From NCBI GenBank assembly GCA_033442325.1, contig JAWQFM010000020.1, forward strand, positions 809,233-873,232: a DNA stretch of 64,000 nucleotides, given 5' to 3'. The notes beneath the pieces were generated by a model. The model had not been told where the DNA came from and did no database searches. It saw nothing but the letters and a program-made list of their open reading frames with translations. The stretch is from Salpingoeca rosetta. Lineage: Eukaryota > Protista > Choanoflagellata. A program made the translations under genes and the position numbers. The stretch's first letter is position 1. Each line of letters begins with the position of its first letter. Below, in pieces: positions 33,675 to 56,612 of the stretch.

Positions 33675-36632
33675 CTAGAGGCAAATAAACTTGGAGGCGT
33701 CAAACTTGCCGCCAGTGCCAGTGCTTGGATCGATGATGATGCACCCGGACTCGCAGATGTATCGGCCAGCATGCGCAGACAGCACCTCGCCATCCTTCCC
33801 AGCAACACCATCCGCATCATCCACGTCACCAGCGTCACCAGCATCGCTGCCACCATCACCAGGAGCCGTGTCGTTTCTGTTGCTGTTGCTGTTGCTGTTG
33901 GAGTCGCTGCTGGTGTCGGTCTCAACGGCGTGAGCACTCGTCGCAGACGCCTCATCATCGCCACTGCAATCACTGAGCACACCCCCTTCTCCATCGCCAT
34001 CGCCAGCGTTGTTGGTGTTGTTGTTGCCGTGCTGCTGTGTCTGCGACAGGATGCGCATGTCTGCGGGCAGGCTGTCGATGATGGCGCGGGTGCCGAAGAA
34101 CGGGTGAGCAACAATGCCCTCCTCAATGCCGTGCGCGAGCGTGATGGAGGCAACTCCGTCCGTGATCAGCGCGGGCAGCTTCAGCGTGTGCGCGTTGCGC
34201 AGGGCAATGGAGACAATGTACTCGCACGGCACGCGCCTCTCCTTGTGTCCGGTTTCCGCGGGGTGCACCCAGACGCCCTCTGCACCCTCCTCCAGCTGGC
34301 GCTCCTGCAGTGGCAGGCGCTTCACGCGCGGGCAGAGCTCATGCACGCGGTCGCCGGGCACCCACACGGGGTGGTACGGGGTGACACGTAGCCCGCCAGG
34401 CATGCACACGGCATCCATCATGCCGTCCGCACATCGCGTTTGCAGGATGACCTCCACCTCTGCAGCCTCACCACCGGCTGTGTGGACCAAATCGCCGGGC
34501 TCAAGGTCGATGACGCGCTTGGTGGACGCACCGTCCGCCATGAGCACGCGCGTGTCGTTGTGTACGCAGGGGTTACCCGGGTTGTTCATCTGCTGCATGC
34601 TGTCGAGGGACTGCACCTGCTCGCCACCGCCCTGCCCGCTGCTGGTGGTGGCGCCGGAGGAGGACCTGGCGCCGGACCCCCTGTCCGAAGCGACGGTGCT
34701 GCTGGTGTCGTGCCGGATGGGCCGCGTGGTCTTGGGCGCGGGAAGCAGGTTGTAGCAGTCGTTGGCCTTGGACTCCAGGTCCATGAAGTAAGGACCGGCA
34801 TACGGCTGGATGCCGCGGTCCTTGAAGTTGGTGCGCATCTGGCACCCGTGCGCGCTGGCAAGCGACAGCATGTAGTGCTGCCCCCACCGCCGGAAGTACA
34901 CCTGCTGCATGGCCTTGATGACCTGGTCGTCAAAGTCCGCCAGCATGCGCTGCATCTGCTCGTTGCCCTCGCGCTGTCGCATCTCCTCCATGAACGGCGG
35001 CAGTGCCTCTCGCAGCGTGTAGTCGCGTGCGAGCTCACGCAGCAGCACCACCGCGCGCGTGCGCATTGTGTGGAAGGTGCGGGCGCCGTAGCCAAGGTCC
35101 TTGCCAAGCACTGCGTGGACGGTGACGTGCTGCCCGTTGTTGCGGCCCAGCAGCGGGCAGTTGAAGGAAACGGAGAATTCCTCCGGCACAAACCCGCCCG
35201 CGTTCCCGCCCTCGTCAGGCCGTGGCAAGTTGATGACGACGTTCTTGGTCTGTCCCAGCAGCATGGGCCCGAGGTTGAGGCCCTCGTATTCGGTGGAGCG
35301 GTCCCTGTTGGTGTTCATGGCCAGCGTGCACCCCTGCGGCATGTTGATGGTGAGGTCCGTCCCCAGCACCAGCTGTGCGGCCACGGTGGCGTTGATAAAC
35401 GCCGTGCCAACGAACGATGAATCCGGGACGAACGCATATGTGCCGCCGCCGAGCGCTGCCAGCTCCGACAGTAACGGGCTGTCAATCTGCTCAAAGCCAA
35501 AGCCAAACGTGTTGACGATGAAGCGGCGGGCGTGCTTGTATGTGTTTCTGAAGCTGCGCAGCACGTCACGTGCGTCGTTGCCCTCGTTCGGCTCGCCGTC
35601 CGTGAGCACCATGAGCACGGGCTGGGCCTTGGTGGTGTCTGTGCCCTTGAGGAGAAGCTGCATGCCACGCAGCACGCCGTCGCCGAGGTTGGTGCAGCTG
35701 CACGGCTGGAGGGCGCCCACGGCATCTGTGGCGCGGCTCACGCCCGCCTCTGTCATCCGCTCCATGGGCAGGGTCACAGACGCGTTCTCAGAGAAGGCGA
35801 CAACGGAGAGGTAGTTGTCCTCGTTTTGCAGGAAGTTGGCGATGCTGCGCGCGGCGTGCTTGACAATGTCCAGGTATGTCTGCTCAAACTTCTCCAGCTG
35901 GTTGTACTTGTTGCGCTGGGTGGCGTGGCGGTCCATGGACCCGGACACGTCAATCACCAGGCAGATGTGCACGGGGGTCTTTATCTTGTCCAGACGCGGC
36001 ATGATGCTGAGGATGCACTGGCCGTCCTTTGGCGGGCTCACCTCCACCTTGGCCACCTCCGTTCCGGGCTCGTCCGGCTCCAGCGGCTTGGTGCGCAGGG
36101 GGATGGGCGGGTTCTTTGGCGTTGGCTGCGGGAACTTCTTGGGTAAGTGGTGTGGGAGCTGCTTTTCCTTCGGTTGTTGTGGTGGTTGCTGCGGCTGTTG
36201 CTGTGGTTGTTGTTGTGGTTGTGGTTGTTGTGGTTGTTGTGGTTGTTGTGGTTGTTGTTGTGATTGTTGTTGGTGTTGTTGTGGTTGTTGTGGTTGTTGG
36301 TGTTGTGGTGGTGGTTGTTGTGGTTCTTGCTGTTGATGCGTGTGAGTGGCGGAGCCAGAGGTGTCAGGTGTGGCGCTAGGTTGCGATGCTGGTTGGGACT
36401 GGCCCAACGTCCAACGGGAAATCTGGTCGGCCAGATCGTCATCGATGCGGATGTCTGAGAGTTCAGCGTCCACGCCATTTGGGGTACACCCCTCCTCCGC
36501 CAGTGCCTCCAACAACGCCTGGAAGTCGTACACTTGCGTGTCTCCCGGAACAACGGCCGGCGTCTGAATGACTTTGCCCGATATTGGGCAGATGAACCGC
36601 TCCGGCACATCCCCCGAGCCGTCGGGTTCCAT
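33675..36632 (-). CDS. Intronless U-box + vWA + Hint (Vint family) protein
   Basis: U-box VPERFICPISGKVIQTPAVVPGDTQVYDFQAL; Q/P-rich linker; vWA MIDAS PVHICLVIDVSGSM..TNLGDG..MVLTDGEPN..NTFGFG; Vwaint-like YFRRWGQHYMLSLASAHGCQMRTNFKDRGIQPY; Hint NPCVHNDTRVLMADG..LEPGDLV..LRVTPYHPV; Vint signature ITLAHG..AHPFFGT..GCIIIDPSTG. Confidence 0.92.
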   Translation of the reverse strand: MEPDGSGDVPERFICPISGKVIQTPAVVPGDTQVYDFQALLEALAEEGCTPNGVDAELSDIRIDDDLADQISRWTLGQSQPASQPSATPDTSGSATHTHQQQEPQQPPPQHQQPQQPQQHQQQSQQQPQQPQQPQQPQPQQQPQQQPQQPPQQPKEKQLPHHLPKKFPQPTPKNPPIPLRTKPLEPDEPGTEVAKVEVSPPKDGQCILSIMPRLDKIKTPVHICLVIDVSGSMDRHATQRNKYNQLEKFEQTYLDIVKHAARSIANFLQNEDNYLSVVAFSENASVTLPMERMTEAGVSRATDAVGALQPCSCTNLGDGVLRGMQLLLKGTDTTKAQPVLMVLTDGEPNEGNDARDVLRSFRNTYKHARRFIVNTFGFGFEQIDSPLLSELAALGGGTYAFVPDSSFVGTAFINATVAAQLVLGTDLTINMPQGCTLAMNTNRDRSTEYEGLNLGPMLLGQTKNVVINLPRPDEGGNAGGFVPEEFSVSFNCPLLGRNNGQHVTVHAVLGKDLGYGARTFHTMRTRAVVLLRELARDYTLREALPPFMEEMRQREGNEQMQRMLADFDDQVIKAMQQVYFRRWGQHYMLSLASAHGCQMRTNFKDRGIQPYAGPYFMDLESKANDCYNLLPAPKTTRPIRHDTSSTVASDRGSGARSSSGATTSSGQGGGEQVQSLDSMQQMNNPGNPCVHNDTRVLMADGASTKRVIDLEPGDLVHTAGGEAAEVEVILQTRCADGMMDAVCMPGGLRVTPYHPVWVPGDRVHELCPRVKRLPLQERQLEEGAEGVWVHPAETGHKERRVPCEYIVSIALRNAHTLKLPALITDGVASITLAHGIEEGIVAHPFFGTRAIIDSLPADMRILSQTQQHGNNNTNNAGDGDGEGGVLSDCSGDDEASATSAHAVETDTSSDSNSNSNSNRNDTAPGDGGSDAGDAGDVDDADGVAGKDGEVLSAHAGRYICESGCIIIDPSTGTGGKFDASKFICL

Positions 36633-36890
36633 CCTGCTGGATGATGGGCAAGTGCGTGCGTGCGTGCGTGCGTGTGTGCGTGTGCGTGTGTGTGTGTGTG
36701 TGTGCGTGTGTGTGTGTACGGATATGGAGGTGGACAACAAGTGGCAGAAGGAGGAGGAAAGGGAAGGCAAGCTCAAGAAGACACAACAAACCACACAAAA
36801 TTCGCTGACGTCAGCACTTTTTGCTTGGTGCTTGTTGTTGCCAACCAAGACGACAAAAAGAGAACAACAGAAAGCAGCCGAGAGACGGAG
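36633..36890. promoter_or_regulatory. Short bidirectional promoter between the Vint gene and CFAP99, with a palindromic GCTGACGTCAGC (36804-36815) and an RFX-type GTTGCCA (36837-36843)
   Basis: Divergent start codons at 36632 (-) and 36891 (+). Both motifs are read directly from the sequence; their function is inferred. Confidence 0.55.
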
Positions 36891-43372
<6,482 letters not shown>

Positions 43373-43573
43373 TGTGTGTGCGCGTGCGCGCGCGCGTGTG
43401 TACGTGTGAACGCACAATACTTTGCACGTGTGTTGGCGTTGGTAGTGTCCACACCCTTTCATTCAGCCTTCTGTGTGTTTATGATTCGTTGCTTCTCTTC
43501 TTCTCTTCTTCTTGTATTCACTTTATTTGATGCATCCGATAACCAATGTACAATTCAAACCTCCTCCTAGTTG

Positions 43574-46904
<3,331 letters not shown>

Positions 46905-47956
46905 CGTCACATCAGCAACGTCCGTTGTCCTCCGCCGCCCACGACAGCATTAATTGATTTGCCGTAATCCGCGCAGAAGCCATACGGCACGACCAATACA
47001 GCAGCAATTCCCACCCACTCGCTCGCGTCCTTCCATCCATCCATCCAAGCAAGGCCAAGCAAGGCCAAGCAAGGCGTTTGTTGTTCTTCTTCCATTGCGC
47101 GCTACGACCACCAGCACACACACACACACACACACACGCACACAATTGACAAACAGACCAGCACCATGCCACCGCTCCCGCCACCACCGCCGCCTGCGCC
47201 TCAGCCGGCTGCTGTTGAGGACTCGAGCGATGGTCCAAGACGAGTAGTGGCTAGCTCGGCGGCACGCGTAAGTTTCCCACGACATGCCGAAGCCAAAACA
47301 AAGCACGGTTTTGCATGCAGTCAAGCCAGGCATGCAAACGCGTTCCATGGCCTCCACGTCACCTTGATCGTTGCTCGTGCATGCGAGTGTGCACATGAGC
47401 AATACCGTGTAATGTAATGCGCGTCCACAGCGTCACCGCCGTTGATTCTTGCTTCTGTGTGTTTCATGAGAAATAGTTGTCAACATCACAACACATCACA
47501 CACAACAGCCGACATGCAAACCGTTTTGCATGTTGGTGTGCTCGGTGCTTGTCCTTCCACACACCCCACACGTCACCGAGCAATACTTGTGCGCATTTCT
47601 TCTTCTTCTCCTTGTTGCCGTCTTTCTTGATTTCACACTCTCTCCCCAGCCAGCACCAACAAACAAACAAGACACAAAACCAGCCAAACATCGAAACCAG
47701 CACACCTGCCTGTCTGTGTGTATCTTTGATCGAGTGTCCACTTCCTCCCTTTTGTTTGCGTGTTTGCGACTCGACCTTCCTACTCGTCTCAGCTCACATT
47801 CTGGCTCTCGCCCCGGGTCTCTCCTCCCCATTTACGTTTGTTTGTAATCACACCCCACTGCGACTCTCTCTCTCTCTCTCTCTCTCTCTGTCTTTGTCTC
47901 TCTTACCCTCCTTCACACTTCTCCAACGCCTTCTGCCCTCCCGACACCGTTCCACC

Positions 47957-48878
<922 letters not shown>

Positions 48879-49280
48879 ACGCACACACGCGTGCGTGGTT
48901 TGGACTGTGATAATGGCGTGATGGCATGACGATGCGATGAGAATGCCAGCTGACGGATGTATGGATGTTCGTAACTCATCTAAGCAGAATTGTGCGTGTT
49001 TGTGTCTGTGCTTTTTTGGTTTTCTTCGCCGCTGTCGGTATTGGTGGAGTGCAAATCCCTCGTGTTATAACATGGCGCGTGGGTCATGGACGACCCTGCT
49101 CCCTTCTTCATTGTCTCGCCCCTTTCCCTCTTCTCTTCACTTTCCGTCATTTCTGTGTCTTGAGACGACACTTCTGCTGCACTCGTTGCGTTTGTCGTGT
49201 TGGCTGGCGAGGAAGCGCGGGCCGGTTACTGTTTACTGTTTGTCTGTACACACGATGCCGTGGTTCCCTTATGCCTTTGT

Positions 49281-49329
<49 letters not shown>

Positions 49330-49544
49330 GCGTTGACGCAAGAACGAATGTAAACAACACAACTAAACGCAACGTTATATGTACAAACGTCACATCAGCT
49401 CATGGATGCATACGTAACACATTGGGGTCAGACAGACACTCACATCCTTCGCATGTGTACATTTGTCATCACCACCATGGTCATCATATCGCCATCATGC
49501 CAACACCAGCTGAACATAACCCCCCCCCGTCTCCAAACCCAACG

Positions 49545-51341
49545 TTATCGTGACGCTGTGCTGGAGGAAGCGAAGGAGGACTGGAGAGAGACAGCAAAGT
49601 CGTGCACGTGTGCAAACAGCTGTTGGCTGTGCATCTGTTTGCTGTCCTCGCCAAAGAACTCTGTGATGCGTGTGCTTTCCTCCTTTGTCCGCTCAAACGC
49701 CTCCTGTGCAGTGGCCAGCTTATCCTGGTGACGATGACGAGAGTGATAGTGTTGTGTCGCGTGTGACCATTTGGGAGAGGAAAGAGAGCAACAAGTCGTC
49801 GAGCAGAGTGAAAACACAAATACAAATACAGACAGGGGCACAATGAGTACCTTCACAAGAAGACAGAGACACACAGAGAGACACGTACGGTTGCGTGTGT
49901 GTAGAAGGAGGCGAGCTCAGGCACGAGCGATTGCACGGTGTCGAGTTTTCGCTCCAGCAGCTGCAAACCTGTGGTGGGGTAGTGTGCAGAGGTGTGCAGA
50001 GGTGTGTATGTGTGTTTGTATGTGTTTGTATGTGTGTGTATGTGTGTGTGTGTGTATGTGTGTATGTGTGTGTATGTGTGTGTGCGTGCAAAATAGCCAT
50101 AAGTGATGGGAGCGGAGGAGGAAGTGGCCAATGCATTGCGACAGACAGAGGACAGGATGAGAGTGACAGTTTGCAGTCATACACAGAGTTGTTGGCATGC
50201 ATGAAGACGAGAGGACTGCCACGTGTTACCAGTCTTGAGTTTGCGCATATCCTCGCTGACAATGTTGAGGTCGACGTGTCGCGCCTGCAACAGTGGAGAC
50301 AGGTGCGACACAAGACGCTCCAGGCAACCAGGCCTGTCGGTGACGATTGTGACAATGGTGGCGATGGTGGTGAGCATTGGCCACGGTTATGGCCACAAGG
50401 AAGGACGAAGTGCTGGGCAGACTTTGTTTGCGCGAGTACACGAGCAACACACACACACACACACACACACACAGGCACAGACACACACGCACGCACGCAC
50501 AGACACAGACACAGACACAGACACACACACACACGCACGCACGCACAGACACAGACAGACAGACAGACACACACACGCACGCACCACTTCCGTTCGAGCG
50601 ACTGGGCGAGAAAGGCGAGCAGATCGATTTTCTTGTCCGCGGCTGCTTTGATGTCTTTCAACTTACACAGACTGAACACGCACAGAGGCATTTGTGCGTG
50701 TGTGCGTGTGTGGAATTGGCATGATTGAGCACGGATGCACGTGTGAATGCGAGTCAGAGTTCTTCATTCCGGTGGTGTTTCCGTCGCGGATATTGCGCGT
50801 GCATACTTCCATTCTCAACCATACACACACGAACACACACACAACATACGTATACACACGCGCACACACAACATACGCATACACACACGCACACGCGCAC
50901 ATGCACACCTGCTGGCTGAGATGCCGTACGCCTGGCGAGCGCGCAGATGGGGCGGGGCGTACACAGTGTTGGTCATGTTGCCAAGCTCAAGCGCCTACAG
51001 TTGTTGTCAAATGTGTGGACGTGTGCGTGTTGTGTGCGAGTGTGCGTGTGTGTCACAAGGGAGAAAGGGTTGGGAGATGAGTTAGCAGTGGACACAGCGC
51101 AGACAGACAGGCAGGCCGACAGGCAGACAGACGGGCTGGCAGAGATACACACAGCACACCACGAACCATGCGTAGGGCGCGGTGGAGGTCAGTTGCGTCA
51201 CGAAGGGCTTTGCATGCGTCGTTGACGGTTGCCAGGGAGCGAAAAATATCGTGCAGGGTGCTTTCAAACTCAAGCTTGAGCTGGAAGCCCTCAACAATCA
51301 CAGGCAGCGCAGGGCACTCGTGGTGGATCATCCTGGCATGA

Positions 51342-51409
<68 letters not shown>

Positions 51410-51511
51410 AATTGGCGCATGGTTGTGTTGGGCAGGGAAGGGGGAGGAATGAAGTGAGTGGCAAACGCACAAGTACGCGTGAGCATTAAGTGTTTGGGCG
51501 AATGGATTGTT

Positions 51512-51586
<75 letters not shown>

Positions 51587-52111
51587 CACACAACAACGAC
51601 GACTGACCAGAAGAATTTATCTGCCTGTGCGAGCTTCTCTGGCGGTCCCGTATAGAGGGCGATGGCCTGCAGCTCATCGGGTCTAAGCACGGATGGATGG
51701 ATGGATGGATGGATGGATGGATGGATGGATGGATGGATGAACGGAGGGATGGATGGATGGGAGCAGTGGTTGGCCGGCAGAAGAGGAAAGTGCGATCACA
51801 TCCACATAGGAAGGATGATCAGACAGACAAACGCACATGCACACACACACGCACGCACGTACACAGACAAACACGCACATGCACACAGGCACAAGGGAGG
51901 GCAGTTGTACTTTGGGAGGGCTTTGCTGAGGATGTGCAGTTCATCTGCGGACCACACGTCTTCATCCAACTCAAGCAGCGACGAGATAATGCCCTCAATC
52001 CCTTTCACCAGCCTGCACGCGCACGTGCATGCGGATGGGTTGGAGGTGTGAGAGGTGTCTGCCAAAGAAGAGCGCACGGTGACGCAGGAGTGCACACACG
52101 CACACAGCTAC

Positions 52112-52182
<71 letters not shown>

Positions 52183-52819
52183 CGCAGCGACCTGCCGAAA
52201 ACCAACACAAAACACGGCACGGACTTGTTGAATCGACGAAGAACAATGCCAACATTGCGGGCGCGCGTGGGATCGATGACAGATACAGCTGTGCTGGTGG
52301 CTTTCTTGTCTGCAAGTGCACGTTGTGCTAGTTTCCTCTTCTTCTCAGCTGCTCGTTCCTCCTCGCTCTTGCAGAACAGCGCCTCAAACTCCTGCGCGCG
52401 CGCCAGCGTGTTGTGGCATGTATGTGCATGTGTGTGTGCATGTGTGAGTGTTTGAGTGCTTGAGTGAGTGCGTGTGTTAACGCGTGTGACACCACAGCAC
52501 CGACGCCAGAATGCAGACAGGTTCCATCCGTCCACCACAGCAGTGCATAACACACACAAAATAAGCCATTAACACACAAGCAGTCATCCATCATCATCAT
52601 CATCATCGTAGCTGACTGACCTTGACATCGACGACCTCGTTGACTGCATTTGGCAGAGCAGTGGCATCTGCCCAGATGGTGTCCCTGTCCGCAAGGGGAT
52701 AGCGCACGTGATAGGGATGGTGGTGAGTCGGGGTGAATGAAATGGTAACTGTTTGCTTGGCGGCAGGACGACAGAATACCCAACCAAGCCACGAATGCAC
52801 AGACACACAGACACACACA

Positions 52820-52876
<57 letters not shown>

Positions 52877-54023
52877 CAGCCAGCAGTACCGGAGGCGGTG
52901 TGTCGGCACGGTCTTCCAGTGGAGTTTCTTCCCCACGAGTTTGGTTGGCTGTGCTGCTGTAGGTGGTGGTGCTGGCCCAAACCCGTTCCCAAGCAGCATC
53001 GGCGGAGGCGGCGGCGGCGGCGGCGGCGGCGGTGCTCCTGCTCCAAGGTGTGGAGGCGGTGGCGGTGGCGGTGGTGGTGGAATGCCTGGGCCCAAAGGTG
53101 GTGGTGGAGGAGGAGGAGGAGGAGGAGGAGGAGGAGGAGGAGGAGGAGGAACGGTATCGTGTTGACCAGATCCAAGTGATGGTGGTGGTGGTGGTGGAGG
53201 TGGTGGTGATGGCGGTGGGGCTGGCTTGGTTGCAGACGCTGAAGCACAGACGCCGTTCTTCTCTCCACTTGGTGGTTCAGCTTCCTTCATCTTGGCACCA
53301 TCGCCTCTGCTATCATCAATCACCGTGTCCTGCTCGTGCTTGTTGGCCGCACCACCCTGCATCTTATTTTCTTCACTCACTGCAGCCTTTCCTGCACCGG
53401 TGTCACCACCCATCACTCCTTCCTTCGACTCCTCCTCGTCCATCTTCACCTCATCCTTCCCTTGTGTTCCTTCCTCCTCTCGGCCAGCACCATCACCATC
53501 ATCACTAGAGCAGGAAGAGAGGTCAAGGCGCGGCACGTGCGGGTTCTTCGTCCTGCGACCACTGCCCCCTTTATCAACACCGCCCATCGGCTTCCGTCTC
53601 CTATCTCGATGCCCTCGCCTCCGCCTCCGCCGTGGCTGTTGCCGATTGTGTTGCTGCTCTCCACATTCACCCTCAACGGTACTGCCGTTAGCATCTTCCG
53701 CACTCGTGTACTCCTCCTCCCCCTCATCATCATTGTCACCGCTGCTGCTTGTGGGCGAGCGGTGTGTGCGGCTGACTGCTTTGCTTCCAATTGGTGTTGA
53801 TCGCAGCGGATTTGCGATGCTATTGCGCCAGTGTTGCTGAGGGTTCGGTGGCGTGTGCACTTGTGGTGATGCGTGCACTTGTGGTGATGCGTGCATTTGT
53901 GGTGATGCGTGCACTTGTGGTGACGCAAGGGCAGTTGCAGCTACCCCTTCATCGTCTCCCTCCTTGCTCTGCAGGCGTGCAGACGTGTTGGCGCTGCCAT
54001 GGCTCCCGTCTGATGTCTGCTGC

Positions 54024-54056
<33 letters not shown>

Positions 54057-55565
54057 TGTTGCTGCTTGGCTGAGCGCGCCTGTGCGCGGGACTGCGCAGT
54101 CAATTTTCGACGTCGGTGCCGCCGCACACTATCATGTGTGTATGAGCGAGTGTGAGTGGGTGCGTGTGAGTGAGTGAAGGTAGGTGAGTGAGCGAGTGTA
54201 AGTGGGGAACGACACACAGACACACAGACACACAGACGCAGAGACACATTTGTCACACAGACACATTTGGTCACACACAACCCCACTCACATGGACTGCG
54301 CCTTTTGGAGTTTCTCGTTGCGCTCCTTCTGCCGCACGTCCTGTGCATGCTGCAGCACAGACTTGGTGTCGCGAGCAGCAGCCGGCACCTGTGAGACATG
54401 CAGCACATGTAACCCTGCGCCCTCCAGTCGACGAAGTGGACTTGGCAGCTCAAGCACTTGACGTGCCTCGCTCGCCCCAAGTAACACTTTCCCTCGCCCA
54501 CCGCCGCCCTGGTGCTGGTGATGCTGCTGGTAGTGCTCTTGTTGTGAAGACTGGGGCATGTGCAGACTGCCACTAATGCTGCCTCCATCACCAGCAACAG
54601 CAGCAACATTATCGCGGGCTGTGCTGGTCTCGGGATTGGCGGGTGCACATGTGGCGGTGGTGGGGTCGATCGTGGCAGCGGCAAAGGCATTTCCTGTTGC
54701 CATCATTGGCAGTGAAGGCTGTGACATGTGCTGGTGTGCCGTGGACATGGCAGATGGTTCCTCGTGCTCGTGGTGGTCTGGTGCCTGGACGAGTGCGGTG
54801 AAGCTAGAAGCAGTCGCAGTACCAGTCGTGACGCCGGTGGTAGCGTGTCTTGAAGCACTCACCATTGATGATGCTGGTAAAGTAGACGGGCACGAGCCAT
54901 GACGCTGTCCGCCGCACACCTGCGAACCGTCGACACTGCCACCACCAGCACCGCCACTTTCGCTGCATATTCTCGGCGCTGTTGTACCCACAACTTCAGT
55001 CACTGCTGTTGCTGGCATTGACACTGTCGCAGCACTGAGACGTTGTTGTTGTTGTTGTTGCTGTTGTTGTTGTTGTGTGACAGGTTGGTTAGCGTGACTG
55101 GTGCCATGTATAAAGTCTTGCTCGCCGACACTAACATCCTCAACAGCACTGCGCTCGGCTGTACTGTCGTACAGCTGCTCCTCCACCTCGGCTGCTTCAT
55201 CGTCAATCAGGTCGGTGACATGGACGGTCTGTGGTTGCGGCGCCACGATGGAGTTGGCCTCCCATATGCTCTGCTTCTCCAGCCGCTTGCACAGCGTGTG
55301 TGCTGTTTGCATGTCGTTCTGCGCACGGCACAGTGCAAACGTGGCCAGATGCGTGGGGAAGCCACTTCCTTCCAAGGCATGCACGTGCTGCTGATCGGGT
55401 TTCAATACAAACAGCGCACTCAGCATCTGCAATGCCAGTGTGAGTGGTGGCGGTGTTGTGAACCCGGCGTCAAGGCGTGCCGTACTGTCTGCCACTGCGG
55501 CAGCGAGCAGTTCGTGTAAGCGGCTGCACGCACCAGGTGGACACCACGGTGGCAGCTCCTGGTTG

Positions 55566-55599
<34 letters not shown>

Positions 55600-56105
55600 G
55601 ATCGTCATCGTGTTGGTCAAAGTGCGGCAGCGCGACGCGCGTCTTGTACGTAATGTGCAGCGAGTCCACACACCGCTCCCACTGGCGCGACGTTGCTGTT
55701 GTCTCCAGGTTGCCTGGTGTGATGCGATACGCCTGGTTTGGCAGCCAGCCCGTGTGGAACCAGTGCCGAAACAGCTCTTTCTCCGTCTCCTCGCCATTGT
55801 CATCGACATACGACAGTCTGCACACGAGCAGGCAGTTGCCTACAGCACGCACGCCGTCCATGGGCGCAATCATGTCATCCTCGGTGCCCCTCAGCTGGTT
55901 ATTGATCTTGCTCGAATACACGAGCTTGTCGCCCTCCAACACCTCAAGCACAATGTTGCCGGATAGCGTGCGGTCACTGGCGTGCATGTGTGCGTGTGCG
56001 TGCGTGTTTGGCTGTGTGGTCATGGCAATTTGTTGCAGCGACAACTCCTGTGCACGTGGGATGCTGGCCTTGAGAGCCATCACAAAGTGCGTCAACACCC
56101 TGCCA

Positions 56106-56165
<60 letters not shown>

Positions 56166-56566
56166 GGGCAGGGGGTTGAGTGGGTGTAAAGAAGGTTTAA
56201 GTGGGCTGATCGGGGTTGTGATCACATCCCAGAATACGGCAACAAACATTGGCACGCACACATGCTTTGTACAATTAACAGTCCGTACGCACATCTGCAC
56301 ATGCACACACACAACACACACACACACGCACACACTGACACACCTTCACAGCAAACACACACACATACACATACACAGCTATACCTAATTCGGAAGCGGG
56401 TGATGATGGCTTTTGGAGACAGCTGCCTGAGCGTGCAAAAGTGCTCGAGGGCCTCTTGTGGCGACTGCACCTGTTCTGTGAACAGTAAGTACGCTGCAAT
56501 GGCCAACGACGAGCGGGACTGCAACCACATGCATCCACATACACAGATGCAACACACACATACGCG

Positions 56567-56612
<46 letters not shown>

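Noticed and set aside
33675-34568. Hint domain as a true protein-splicing intein or mobile element
   Set aside because: There is no C-terminal His-Asn plus nucleophile, no homing endonuclease and no C-extein. It is a Vint-type Hint domain.
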